Origin: a virus
Taxonomy: Duplodnaviria > Caudoviricetes
IMG/VR virus record: IMGVR_UViG_3300030330_000169
Span: 1-29,493 of that record
DNA: 29,493 nucleotides
Reading direction: 5' to 3' (one strand)
The translations under genes and the position numbers were made by a program. Numbering within the stretch: position 1 is the first letter of the stretch; each line of letters opens with the position of its first letter. Positions 9,195 to 18,854 of this stretch are shown here, piece after piece. Under the pieces are notes generated by a model, which made no database searches, was not told the DNA's origin, and worked only from the letters and a program-made list of their open reading frames with translations.

Positions 9195-11116
9195 TATCTC
9201 TTACCATCAGGCCGAATATCTAGTCTATTTAAACCTGTTCTCCATGTTGTACCCACTTGATCAGAGCTTATTTTTAAGGCTACGGCTCTACCTCTTACCC
9301 TAAGATCTACTTTCTCTGTATACTGTTCAACAGGCACAGAAGAAGATTTTACAATATTTGCAGTATCTGTGCTTACCTGCAGACCACCGTTGTAGTTAAA
9401 AGCATCGACAGTAAAGTCTGCTTGTGGTGCAGGGTTTGTGCTTGTTCTAAAAGTTATATCAGGTATTAGTTTTCTAACATAGCTAAATACTTCACCATCA
9501 CCTAAGTCTATTGGGGCAGATTGTATAAACGATTCTACTGCAGCAGGTGTTGTCCCGCTTTGATCGTCTATACCGAACTCATGAGAGTAAAGTTTACCGT
9601 CTGTACCTGCAGCTATTGGAAAGTCGTCTATACCTCTGTCAATCCACGCTGTTCGATTAAGAGTGCCATAATACCAAATATCCATTTCGTAATTATAGAC
9701 AACGTACTTATCAATATTGTCACTGTTTAGTGATGGGTAGAACCACCATATTTCTTGAAACCCAGAGTTAACACCAACAAATATTTTTGTAGACTGATCA
9801 TTGTTAATATCTGTTAATACCTTCTCTTTTACGGTGCAGTTAAGTTGATTTACGTTACCTCTGTACACATAGAACTGATCAACGCCCATCCAGTATACGC
9901 TATCTCCAATAGCCACAGCAGCGTTAGGACTACGAATAGTTATATTCTCAGACACCCTGTTGATACCAAAAGTATAAGGTGGGCCGATAAATTGCATGGA
10001 GTGTAATGCTTGGTCTGTAAATACAAGTATCTCCTGTCTGGTCTCCACCGCTTGCACTATGGCTGTACCAGAACCTATGCGAAGATCTCCTGCTGTATTA
10101 GTAGTGCTTGGTGTCCAGTCAGCAGGGTTCTCTTGGTCTGAAAATCTGATAAGCAGCGGGTCTTGAACATTAGAGCCAACAGGATTGCATCCAAAAGCTA
10201 TAACATGTCTATCGACATCTGACACCATAACTTGTTTTGCGATTGTTGGTGTGTTGCTTGCACCTGTGAGAGACGATAAGTACACGCCTCTTTGCGCTGT
10301 TGTGCCAGAAGTATCCCAATAAAATACAGAACCATCTCGTATACAAAAGACTAGATCCTCTCCAAAGGTATCATGCTGCCAAAGCCTTAAATTTTCGGAC
10401 AGCACATTAACTGTAGCTTTTGAGTTCCAAGCACCTCTAGACCAAGTACCTGCACCCCAACCATTGCCAAATGTAGATGTATCTGTACCTGTTTGCACCT
10501 GATAGGCCGCAACTGCAGAAGAGCCACCTGTGTTAGTATCTCCTGACGTGGCAACAACTAAAGCTGCACTATCGTCTATAACACCGTTGCTATAGTATTG
10601 ATTTACGTTTGTAGTAGCTGCTCTTGCATTAATTGTGTATGTGGCTGTTGTTGGGGCGGTTTGGATTTGATATTCTTGATTCAGGACATCGGCTGTTATA
10701 GCCCCACCTAAACTAGCAGCTCCGCTAAAAGTAACAAAATCTCCCGCCCTAGCTTCGTGATTGGTATCTGTCACAGTTATAATGCTGCTACCTTGACTAG
10801 CGGAAAATGTGACATCTCCTGCTGCAGTAGTGTTTCTGATAGGTGTAATATCGTAGTACACACCACCATCTTCTATGTAGTATTTAAGATGCGTCCCCAC
10901 ACCAATAAGCCTGTCGGATTCTAATGTAAGCCAAGGCTTTAAAGCACGAGCAGATCCTATAAATTGATTGTCGCCTTTTCTTGCCCAACCACCTATTTTT
11001 TCTGGATACCCTACACGAAATCGTATTTTATCTCCGTCACTCCAACCGTTTTCGTTGGCATAATCAGGAAGTTCCGTATTTATTCCGGGTCTAAATTCAA
11101 GTTTCTGTAAAACCAT
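9194..11116 (-). CDS. Tail nozzle / packaged-DNA stabilisation protein (tail tubular protein B-like), 640 aa
   Basis: F.PGIN...W.DGDKIRFR.G.PEKIGGW N-terminus, LLIRFSDQENP..W.P..TNTAGDLR, beta-rich propeller-like body, R.RGR...W..G..RLDI.PDG.R C-terminus. Confidence 0.75.
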   Translation of the reverse strand: MVLQKLEFRPGINTELPDYANENGWSDGDKIRFRVGYPEKIGGWARKGDNQFIGSARALKPWLTLESDRLIGVGTHLKYYIEDGGVYYDITPIRNTTAAGDVTFSASQGSSIITVTDTNHEARAGDFVTFSGAASLGGAITADVLNQEYQIQTAPTTATYTINARAATTNVNQYYSNGVIDDSAALVVATSGDTNTGGSSAVAAYQVQTGTDTSTFGNGWGAGTWSRGAWNSKATVNVLSENLRLWQHDTFGEDLVFCIRDGSVFYWDTSGTTAQRGVYLSSLTGASNTPTIAKQVMVSDVDRHVIAFGCNPVGSNVQDPLLIRFSDQENPADWTPSTTNTAGDLRIGSGTAIVQAVETRQEILVFTDQALHSMQFIGPPYTFGINRVSENITIRSPNAAVAIGDSVYWMGVDQFYVYRGNVNQLNCTVKEKVLTDINNDQSTKIFVGVNSGFQEIWWFYPSLNSDNIDKYVVYNYEMDIWYYGTLNRTAWIDRGIDDFPIAAGTDGKLYSHEFGIDDQSGTTPAAVESFIQSAPIDLGDGEVFSYVRKLIPDITFRTSTNPAPQADFTVDAFNYNGGLQVSTDTANIVKSSSVPVEQYTEKVDLRVRGRAVALKISSDQVGTTWRTGLNRLDIRPDGKR

Positions 11117-11762
11117 GTTTTGCCTTTAAGTATTCTATATGCGCCCCTAACATTACATGTGGTCTTCTTATTCTAATATAAGATTGTTTAGCGTTAACTT
11201 TATTCAGCCAAACTACGTCATATCTTTTTTCATTAGCTATTTGTTCGACCTTATCCGCTATTTCACTACTGCCCAAAAAATCATCTTTTGTCACCATTAT
11301 TTCTGGCTCTTTAGAAGAGATTAAGTTGTCAGAAGCATCGTATCTATCTATTAATACACGAGTTTTATTACTTGTTTTGTCATTCCAATAATCTTTCCTC
11401 TCAGTCAAATTTCCTTCAGAATCAAACTTAAAACCAACTAGGGAAATGCCTTCTCTTTCTATATCATCTCTATACAATCTTAGATTGTCAGTCCCAATAC
11501 TTTCTAAGTCTACACCATATCTTGGATGTGGAAACATTCTAGCTTCTGAAATCTCGAGCGGCACATTACCATTTAACATAGTTCTTAGGCAATCAAGGCT
11601 TTCTGCTACAACACAAATGCTCTCCACACCATCACGCCAAGAATATATAAGCTCTACTAATTGACTTCTTATATCAGGTGATAAGTTATCAAGTGCAGGA
11701 GTTAAAAACCTAAAATCATTACCAACACAGAACCTTGCTTTTGTTTCACGATATTCAGACAT
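11097..11762 (-). CDS. Hypothetical protein, 221 aa
   Basis: ORF with AAGGA RBS; fills the gap between the adhesin and nozzle genes; no motif recognised. Confidence 0.7.
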   Translation of the reverse strand: MSEYRETKARFCVGNDFRFLTPALDNLSPDIRSQLVELIYSWRDGVESICVVAESLDCLRTMLNGNVPLEISEARMFPHPRYGVDLESIGTDNLRLYRDDIEREGISLVGFKFDSEGNLTERKDYWNDKTSNKTRVLIDRYDASDNLISSKEPEIMVTKDDFLGSSEIADKVEQIANEKRYDVVWLNKVNAKQSYIRIRRPHVMLGAHIEYLKAKHGFTET

Positions 11763-11770
11763 ATTATTCC

Positions 11771-12511
11771 TTAACCTGTTAATGTTATGCTGCCACTGGA
11801 TGGAAAGTTGGTCACGTTGCCGTTAGCTGTAATTTTTGCAAATCCTCCTGCGCCATTACCACCCGGATTTTCTACATTTCGACCCGCGCCACCGCCACCG
11901 ATAGTTATTGTAACAGTAGTTCCGCTTTGAACTGTTGCTGTGCCTGTTAACCTAGTTGAAGCAAATCCGCCTTCACCTCCTGCACCTGTTTGATCGTAGG
12001 GGTTATTTCTATTGTCACCGCCACCGCCACCGCCACCTGCGCCATAAGACGTTGAAGGAGCATCGCCACCTCTACCTGCATTCCCCGGTAGGTGCGCCCC
12101 TGCAGTGCCTCCGTTACCATAATGGGATGCCTGTCCGACCCTTAAATTCTCATTAACATTTGGAACGTACATACCTGCTCTACCGCCTTGTCCTCCAGAT
12201 GCGGTAATTGTTGAAATACCAGAAGCTGCGATGCTAGAGCTTCCTCCAGTGGCTCCACGATTTACACCGTCACCCTTATCTTCACGACCATTACCTCCAC
12301 CACCGCCACCACCTATAAGTTCATAAGTAAAAGTAACAGTGTGAGAAGCGCCACGATACTCGCTTATAGAGTTTGCCTGATTAGCGCCCTTGTCTGGATT
12401 GAGAAGACTTCTAATATCTGCATCGTTTAGAGAACATATAGTTCCGCTAGTACCGTTTACTTCAACGTGAATTTGGTTCAAACTTAATGGGCCTGTGGTA
12501 GGTAAAGCCAT
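11771..12511 (-). CDS. Glycine-rich tail-tip adhesin-like protein, 246 aa
   Basis: MALP..GPLSLNQIH.E...SLND.DIR.L attachment-type N-terminus followed by several GGGGGG/GAGG motifs (polyglycine-sandwich-like, as in T-even gp38 adhesins). Confidence 0.6.
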   Translation of the reverse strand: MALPTTGPLSLNQIHVEVNGTSGTICSLNDADIRSLLNPDKGANQANSISEYRGASHTVTFTYELIGGGGGGGNGREDKGDGVNRGATGGSSSIAASGISTITASGGQGGRAGMYVPNVNENLRVGQASHYGNGGTAGAHLPGNAGRGGDAPSTSYGAGGGGGGGDNRNNPYDQTGAGGEGGFASTRLTGTATVQSGTTVTITIGGGGAGRNVENPGGNGAGGFAKITANGNVTNFPSSGSITLTG

Positions 12512-13248
12512 TATGCACTTCCAAACGCTGTTACATCACCTTCAGCTACTGTTGCTCCTGTAGATGTTATCTTAAACCTATTAGTTCCACTGTATGCAAA
12601 TTTTAATTCACTACCAGATTCAGTAATAGTCCAATTACCCAAAGCTATTGTATTTGCTTTGACTTCACCGCTAGCCCCATAAACAATAGCCTTTGAAGCA
12701 ACAACGGTATTTGGTTGTGCGCCATCTAGTAGATTTAGATCAGCCGCTTCTAGAGTAGTAGTCACTCCATCAAGCACGTTAAGCTCGTCAGCACTTGATG
12801 TTACAGGTTCACCGTTCTGTTTAAGCTGACCTAACTCAGAACTAAGCGATAAGTTCACAACATTGTTGTTACCGTCAGCGTATATGATTGCGAAAGAACC
12901 TACGGCTATGTTTGCTGTGGTTGCGCCAGAGCCTTGAGAAAACGTAACTATTTTAGTTGCATCATTCTTTACATAATAAACTTTCTGTGCGTCTGCAGGG
13001 AGTATGGTGATAGTATGAGCCGCTGCTAAAGTGCCGCTACAAAGAAGAACTTTGTTTTGTCCGTCTGATGTAGCACCATTGCTTGTTGTAAGATTGCTGG
13101 ATGTTCCTACAAGATTTAAAGAAACAACACCATTGATAGCTCGATCAATTATGTCACTGTTCGTATTTACAGTGATGCCCCAGCTTCCAGCTTGCTCACC
13201 ACTGGCAGGTTTTTCTATACCTGTGTTTGTTGTAAATGTACTGGGCAT
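12511..13248 (-). CDS. Tail fibre/needle-type structural protein, 245 aa
   Basis: MPST....GIEKPASGEQAGSWG..VN.N.DIID.AI.G N-terminus, ADELNVLDG/ADLNLLDG repeats, ends in GDVTAFGSA. Confidence 0.65.
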   Translation of the reverse strand: MPSTFTTNTGIEKPASGEQAGSWGITVNTNSDIIDRAINGVVSLNLVGTSSNLTTSNGATSDGQNKVLLCSGTLAAAHTITILPADAQKVYYVKNDATKIVTFSQGSGATTANIAVGSFAIIYADGNNNVVNLSLSSELGQLKQNGEPVTSSADELNVLDGVTTTLEAADLNLLDGAQPNTVVASKAIVYGASGEVKANTIALGNWTITESGSELKFAYSGTNRFKITSTGATVAEGDVTAFGSA

Positions 13249-13257
13249 GCTATGCTC

Positions 13258-14244
13258 CTATGCTGCTACGTCTAAATCTGTCCATACAAGTTCTGGTTCT
13301 TCAGTTAAATCAACCTCAGTATACACATCATCCACTGGAACGTCTACAACCAAGGCTGAGTATGGGTCTACAGGCACTCCTATTAAGTCTACTGGTGTAT
13401 AATGTCTAGTTGTGCCGACCACACCAAGGCCAGAGACGCCAGTTACTTGTACTGAAGCGATACCCACTATTGATGCACTTCCTACGCCACCAGTAGCGCC
13501 TACGCCTGTAACATCTACACTTGAAACTGGATTGACTGAAGAAGTAGCACTCGTTGCGCTTACGCCTGTGACTGATGTGCTTGCATTTGCCGCTACAGCG
13601 ATAGTTCCCACATTAGCGCTACCCTGCAGTCCTGTTGCAGGTATACTGGCTGCGCCAACTATAGTTACGTCATTCGTAGAACTGTTGGCTGCTATGCCTG
13701 TCACAGACACATCTACAGCTATGCTTGCAGAGGCTGCTCCTACAGAGGCCGTGGCGCTCACACCTGTGACATCAATATCAGTGTCTGCAAGTATAACTGG
13801 AGAGCCTACAGAAACAGTAGCCTCAAGACCCGTTGCAGGGACGTTTGCCAAGCCTTCGACAGTGACAGAACCAGAAGTTGTGCTAGATGATACGCCTGTT
13901 ACGGAAACAATCGTCTGGTTAGCTGTTGTGACTGAGCCTATGCCTGTAGTTGCTTCGAGACCCGATACTGATGCTTGATCAGGTAGGCTTGCTATTGCCG
14001 AGCCTACAGAGCCAGTGGCTGCAACGCCTGTGGCACTAGTATTACCAATGCCTGTGACGGTAAGAGTTCCAACTCCACCTGTAGAGCCAAGACCTGTCTG
14101 TGGTGTGTCTACAGCACCTGTTACCGTAGTAGCGGCTGTAGAGGCTGTCGCGCTTAACCCAGTAACGGAGACAGTAATCGGAACGACTACTCCTGCCTGA
14201 TCATCAGCTATCGGAGCCGATGCTACTGGGTGAAAGCCAAACAT
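13258..14244 (-). CDS. Repetitive structural 'rope'-like fibre protein with 12 repeats of about 22 aa, 328 aa
   Basis: MFGFHPVASAPIAD N-terminus, then 12 V.VTGVSAT..VG.V.V units and an acidic C-terminus. Confidence 0.65.
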   Translation of the reverse strand: MFGFHPVASAPIADDQAGVVVPITVSVTGLSATASTAATTVTGAVDTPQTGLGSTGGVGTLTVTGIGNTSATGVAATGSVGSAIASLPDQASVSGLEATTGIGSVTTANQTIVSVTGVSSSTTSGSVTVEGLANVPATGLEATVSVGSPVILADTDIDVTGVSATASVGAASASIAVDVSVTGIAANSSTNDVTIVGAASIPATGLQGSANVGTIAVAANASTSVTGVSATSATSSVNPVSSVDVTGVGATGGVGSASIVGIASVQVTGVSGLGVVGTTRHYTPVDLIGVPVDPYSALVVDVPVDDVYTEVDLTEEPELVWTDLDVAA

Positions 14245-14254
14245 CTAAGTGTCC

Positions 14255-14569
14255 CTATGACTCTCTTGCAGATACCCAAGCAGCGACTTGTGCTTTAACT
14301 TCATCAGTAGTCATTTCTACGGGATCATCTTCTGGATTTTCTGCCATCTTTAAAAAAGGATCAGCGCTATGCATTGCTAAAACTCTAGCCTCCAGCTCTG
14401 TCGCTGTAAGCTCTGTAACTGTATCTGGGATATAGTATTCTCTATCAGCCTCATCTGGTGACCAGCCAATTTTGGTGTGATCTGATTTAGCCCAGTATCC
14501 ACCGTCCTCTACCCAAACAGGAGTCATCATACCTCCTGCGGTCATATGCATTTTGTATTCAAGTATCAT
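14255..14569 (-). CDS. Hypothetical acidic protein, 104 aa (possible fibre chaperone/accessory)
   Basis: ORF overlapping the upstream gene; P.WVEDGGYW motif. Confidence 0.7.
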   Translation of the reverse strand: MILEYKMHMTAGGMMTPVWVEDGGYWAKSDHTKIGWSPDEADREYYIPDTVTELTATELEARVLAMHSADPFLKMAENPEDDPVEMTTDEVKAQVAAWVSARES

Positions 14570-15404
14570 CTTTTTTCTCCGTTTTTTCTAGTCTTAACAT
14601 ATATTCGGGGTTCAGAAAATCTGATTTACCAAATATTCTTTCAGCAGTTTTATCTGCATTCTTATAATATTTATCCGCCATTAGATCCATGAACTCCTCT
14701 AAATCATTGGAGTGAGGTAATTCATGGTTTTTTATCTTCTGTGCAGTGTGCTGTATGTACCCAGACACTTCAGTCATAGCTACCTGTGGGTGGACACCAT
14801 ATTGCTGCATGTATTCTATTGTAGAAGTAGAAACTCTGCCACCATCCATCAGGTTTCGGTACATAAGCTCAAAGCCCCTACGCACATGGTGACGCTTCTC
14901 TTCTCTTTCAAAGGCTTCTTCGTCCCACTCGTCTATATCCCACTTCTCTTTTATGTTCTCGTAGCTATCAATAAGCACTGCTATGTCTTTGATAGAGCCG
15001 TTTATCTTATGCTCCATCATTGTTAGCCCATGTCTACCTGCTTTTAGTTTAGCCTCAGAAACAATATCATCAGCCTCTTCAAGCTCCAGTAGCTCTACAC
15101 GCTTCTCAGCATGGTTGACCTGCGCCTCTGCAAGCGCCATCTTACGTTTCTCTACCTCTGCTGTAATCTGACGAAGCATACGCATAGGAGAGTGACCGTT
15201 GAGCATAGTGAGTGTCATCATAGACAAAGTTGTCGCTGAGTTATTACGATCAAAAGCTCTGGTTGCCTGATCTATCTCTGGTAACTTTTCTGCCACCCGC
15301 GCAGCAGCTACCTGATTGATATTCTCAGACGCTTCTATAGGTAACGAAAATGTAATTGGTTTCGTTACTACGTTAGTCTTCTTTTTAGTTTTAGTCTTTC
15401 CCAT
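14559..15404 (-). CDS. Hypothetical alpha-helical/coiled-coil protein, 281 aa
   Basis: AAGGAG RBS; immediately follows the propeller array; long heptad helices. Confidence 0.75.
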   Translation of the reverse strand: MGKTKTKKKTNVVTKPITFSLPIEASENINQVAAARVAEKLPEIDQATRAFDRNNSATTLSMMTLTMLNGHSPMRMLRQITAEVEKRKMALAEAQVNHAEKRVELLELEEADDIVSEAKLKAGRHGLTMMEHKINGSIKDIAVLIDSYENIKEKWDIDEWDEEAFEREEKRHHVRRGFELMYRNLMDGGRVSTSTIEYMQQYGVHPQVAMTEVSGYIQHTAQKIKNHELPHSNDLEEFMDLMADKYYKNADKTAERIFGKSDFLNPEYMLRLEKTEKKDDT

Positions 15405-15415
15405 TTTTTTCTCCT

Positions 15416-16492
15416 TTAAGATGGTAACCCTGAAGTTGCGGCGGCCCCTGTTCTGGCGGTAATAAGATCACCAAAATCTGTAGCGTTTCCACTAGTAGAC
15501 ATTGTAAAATAGTCTATATTTACATTAGTACTTGAGGGACACATGGTAGTACCTATAGTCTCATTCTCACAGCAGCCGTGGTAAATATAGCTTTGGGTTA
15601 GATTTCCATAATCAGTAGCGTTTCCTGTTGTTTGAGTTGTAATATACTCTATGTCGGTTCCGTTCCCTGTAAAATATACTCTTGTAGCATCTGAGCAAGC
15701 TGAGTTTCTGTACATATTTCCTATTAAGTTACCAAAATCTGTGGCGTTTCCCGGAGTTGCAAATGTAAAGTACTCTATTGTATCAGTGTTGCCGCCTATA
15801 CCGCCACCAAACACTGCCCTTGTTGCGTCTTCTCCTGCACCGCAAGAACTTTGACCTGTTGCTGAAAGATCACCAAAATCTATTGCATTACCCGTTGTAT
15901 CGACAGTAATGTAATCAACAATATTTATATAAGCTGATCCATTATAACCACCACCTGTAAGCATTCGGGTTCCATTACTACAACACGCTAAAGCATTTCT
16001 AACTGAAGTAGAGTCACCAAAGTCTTGAGCATTTCCTGTTGTGGACGGAGTTACATATTCTAATGTATTACGTCTAGTATTGCCGGGGTATGAAGTCCCA
16101 CAAGCCCTAATAGCTCTTGTTCTACTTCCCGCTGCCCCTATATAATCTACTGGCTCACTCATGTCACCGAAATCAGTAGCATTGCCGGGGCTAGTTATAT
16201 CAAAGTATTGGATTTCATTAGCTGCAGCACTAAAAACTATTGCCCTGTTACCACTCCAAGGATTACCACTAGGCGCTAAACCAAGTTCTTTAAACCCACC
16301 GTCCATATACCTGTATAGTTTATCGTTACCAGTGTCCCACCAATAGTCTCCGTTGCTAGGAGAAGATGGTTCAGTGCCAGACTCAGTATATCCCTGTTCT
16401 ACGGAAGCACCGTCCACTGTAAATTTGTTAGGTAAGTCAACAGCATCTGTAGGAAGATCACCAAATATTTCGTCTACTTTAATTGTACTCAT
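15416..16492 (-). CDS. GNATDFGDL-repeat (kelch-like 6-blade propeller) putative receptor-binding protein 6, N-terminal class A, 358 aa
   Basis: MSTIKVD start, TEPSSPSNGDYWWD module, six GNA.DFG[DN] repeats; ATGA overlap. Confidence 0.75.
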   Translation of the reverse strand: MSTIKVDEIFGDLPTDAVDLPNKFTVDGASVEQGYTESGTEPSSPSNGDYWWDTGNDKLYRYMDGGFKELGLAPSGNPWSGNRAIVFSAAANEIQYFDITSPGNATDFGDMSEPVDYIGAAGSRTRAIRACGTSYPGNTRRNTLEYVTPSTTGNAQDFGDSTSVRNALACCSNGTRMLTGGGYNGSAYINIVDYITVDTTGNAIDFGDLSATGQSSCGAGEDATRAVFGGGIGGNTDTIEYFTFATPGNATDFGNLIGNMYRNSACSDATRVYFTGNGTDIEYITTQTTGNATDYGNLTQSYIYHGCCENETIGTTMCPSSTNVNIDYFTMSTSGNATDFGDLITARTGAAATSGLPS

Positions 16493-17661
16493 GAAGCTGA
16501 TCCTGATGTCGCGTCAATATATTGGGATATACTTTGCATGTCTCCATGATCGGTAGCATTTGCGGGAGTTTGGATAGTCACTCTTTCTATTACATTTATA
16601 AGGTATGGGCTACTAGAAGTGGCATAACCTCCTATAAAAGTACCATAAGTACCATCTGATGCCGAGCCATGTCTACATCGAGCAGTTAGATTTCCAAAAT
16701 CAGTTCCATTACCTGCGCTTTGAGTAGTAAAATAAGTTATATGGTTTAAAAAAGGTGCGCTACTTATTCCACCCGAAGTCAAACCTCTTGTAGCATCAGC
16801 ACAAGAAGCATGTTCAAAAGAGTGTGCAGTGGTTTGGGTTCCAAAGTTAGTTGCATTTCCCGGAGTATCAATAGACACATATTCTATATTGTTCTTAGAT
16901 GTGTCTGTACCTTGAACGTACACAGCGCGGGTAGCATCGTTAAAAGCAGAACCTCCATGATCGGCGGCGGTGAGATCTCCAAAGTCGGTAGCGTTGCCTG
17001 TGTTGGCTATTGTAATATAATCAATAATATTACCACTCCCACCACCATGTAGATATCCTCCCATAAACAAACCGTAGGTATTGTTGCCAGCAGATGCAAG
17101 TGAATCCCTGCTACTCGCACCAGTGCTACTAAAAGGGTATGTGGTTAAATCACCAAAGTCAGTAGCATTTCCTGTTGTTGCAGTAGTTATGTAGTCTATT
17201 GTGTTGTACTTAGTTGAGCTAACTTTACCTCCTGCAAATACAGCTCTAGTTCCGTTACTAACTCCTGCTCCATCTTCCCTAGCTTGAGTTAGATCTCCAA
17301 AATCAGCAGCGTTACTTGAGCTTGATATATCAAAGTAGTCTATTTCACGATCATATGGAGACGGGTAGTTAAAGCGTCCTATATAAACAGCCCTAGATCC
17401 ACCCCAATTAAACGTAGGTGAGGAAGTGGAAGTTCCTAGCCAGTCTTTCCATTCTCCATCAATATAAACTTTGTATATATTGTTGTCTGTGTCTAACCAT
17501 GCATCTCCATTTGATGGGCTAGAAGGTTCTGTTGCACCTTCTGTATGTTTATGAGGACTTATACCGCTATCAGATCCTGCTATGTTAAAACCATTAGTAA
17601 AGTCAGGCGCACCTGTACCTGCCTTGTCTGTGATCTTTTCTATGCCAACAACATCACTCAA
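16489..17661 (-). CDS. GNATDFGDL-repeat putative receptor-binding protein 5, class B, 390 aa
   Basis: TTG start in a TTGA overlap; ITDKAGTGAP...AGSDSGISPHKHTEG...EWKDWLGTS; six repeats. Confidence 0.75.
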   Translation of the reverse strand: MSDVVGIEKITDKAGTGAPDFTNGFNIAGSDSGISPHKHTEGATEPSSPSNGDAWLDTDNNIYKVYIDGEWKDWLGTSTSSPTFNWGGSRAVYIGRFNYPSPYDREIDYFDISSSSNAADFGDLTQAREDGAGVSNGTRAVFAGGKVSSTKYNTIDYITTATTGNATDFGDLTTYPFSSTGASSRDSLASAGNNTYGLFMGGYLHGGGSGNIIDYITIANTGNATDFGDLTAADHGGSAFNDATRAVYVQGTDTSKNNIEYVSIDTPGNATNFGTQTTAHSFEHASCADATRGLTSGGISSAPFLNHITYFTTQSAGNGTDFGNLTARCRHGSASDGTYGTFIGGYATSSSPYLINVIERVTIQTPANATDHGDMQSISQYIDATSGSAS

Positions 17662-18854
17662 GAAGCATCTCCCGAAGAAGAAAAACCTTGATCCAAACCA
17701 TCTAATAGGTCACCAAAGTCTTGAGCATTGCCTGTTGTTTGCGTAGTAATGTACATAATTTCATTGGTATACTCATTAACTGTGCCACCTGAAGTAGATG
17801 TTTCACCACCAGAAATACATATTCTTGTTTCATTTTCACATGCTGCGGATCGTTCCGTTCTATTAGCATTAAAATTATTTAGATCACCAAAATCCGTAGA
17901 GTTTCCTGTAGTATCAACAGTTATGTACTCCATTTTATTAGTCGGAGAAGAACCTCCAAAATTAGGCCCTGCATTTCCTAAAATTGCAACAGCTCTTGTC
18001 GCATCTGAGGCAGCGGTGACCCTATAAGCTCCACTTGACATATCACCAAAGTCTGAAGCATTTCCGGTAACGCCACCCAACGGAATATATTGTATCTCAT
18101 CTTCATAATAATAACTGCTAACATATGCTTGACCACCAAATATAGTGCCTCTACTAGCATTACCTGCCCCACCAGAAAAACCAGTGATTCTACGAAGATT
18201 ACCAAAATCTGAAGCATTGCCTGTTGTATCAATAGTAAAAACATTTATGTCGTTACGATAACCAGTACCAGTGGGGCCGCCATTAATATAACCACCCGCA
18301 AAAACTGCATAAGTGCCATCACCAATTCCCGCACCACTTCTAGCGGTTTCTAGAGCGTTACCAAAAAAGGCTGAATTTCCCGGTATTGGAATAGTAAAAT
18401 AGTCATATGTGTTATTACTATTACGGTTTCTGGATACAATCGCCCTGCTTCTGTTTGAGGCAGAATGATCAGAACTCGTTGAGTTTGTACCGTTTACGCT
18501 GTTATCGCAATCTCCAAAGTCAGCAGCGTTGCCTAAAGTAGTTATATCCCAATAATCTAAATTTAGAGTGCTACCCGCAACTCCAGAACCCCTGCGACCC
18601 GCTCTTAATGCTCTATCCCCGCCCCAAAATGGATCAGCTGCAACTAAACTAAGTTCTTTAAACTCACTATTGATATATCGATAGAGTTTATTGTTAGCAC
18701 TATCCCACCAGAAATCACCTTTTTCAGGACTACTAGGTTCAGTGGCAGAAACAGTATGTCCTTGTACGATACTATCTCCATCTATCTTGAAGTTATTGGG
18801 CAGGTTAATTGCATTGCTTCTATTCTTTATTGTATCTACTTTTATTGTACTCAT
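17658..18854 (-). CDS. GNATDFGDL-repeat putative receptor-binding protein 4, class A, about 398 aa
   Basis: Start moved to ATG 18854 (MSTIKVD, ATGA overlap, AGGAG RBS); six repeats. Confidence 0.75.
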   Translation of the reverse strand: MSTIKVDTIKNRSNAINLPNNFKIDGDSIVQGHTVSATEPSSPEKGDFWWDSANNKLYRYINSEFKELSLVAADPFWGGDRALRAGRRGSGVAGSTLNLDYWDITTLGNAADFGDCDNSVNGTNSTSSDHSASNRSRAIVSRNRNSNNTYDYFTIPIPGNSAFFGNALETARSGAGIGDGTYAVFAGGYINGGPTGTGYRNDINVFTIDTTGNASDFGNLRRITGFSGGAGNASRGTIFGGQAYVSSYYYEDEIQYIPLGGVTGNASDFGDMSSGAYRVTAASDATRAVAILGNAGPNFGGSSPTNKMEYITVDTTGNSTDFGDLNNFNANRTERSAACENETRICISGGETSTSGGTVNEYTNEIMYITTQTTGNAQDFGDLLDGLDQGFSSSGDAS

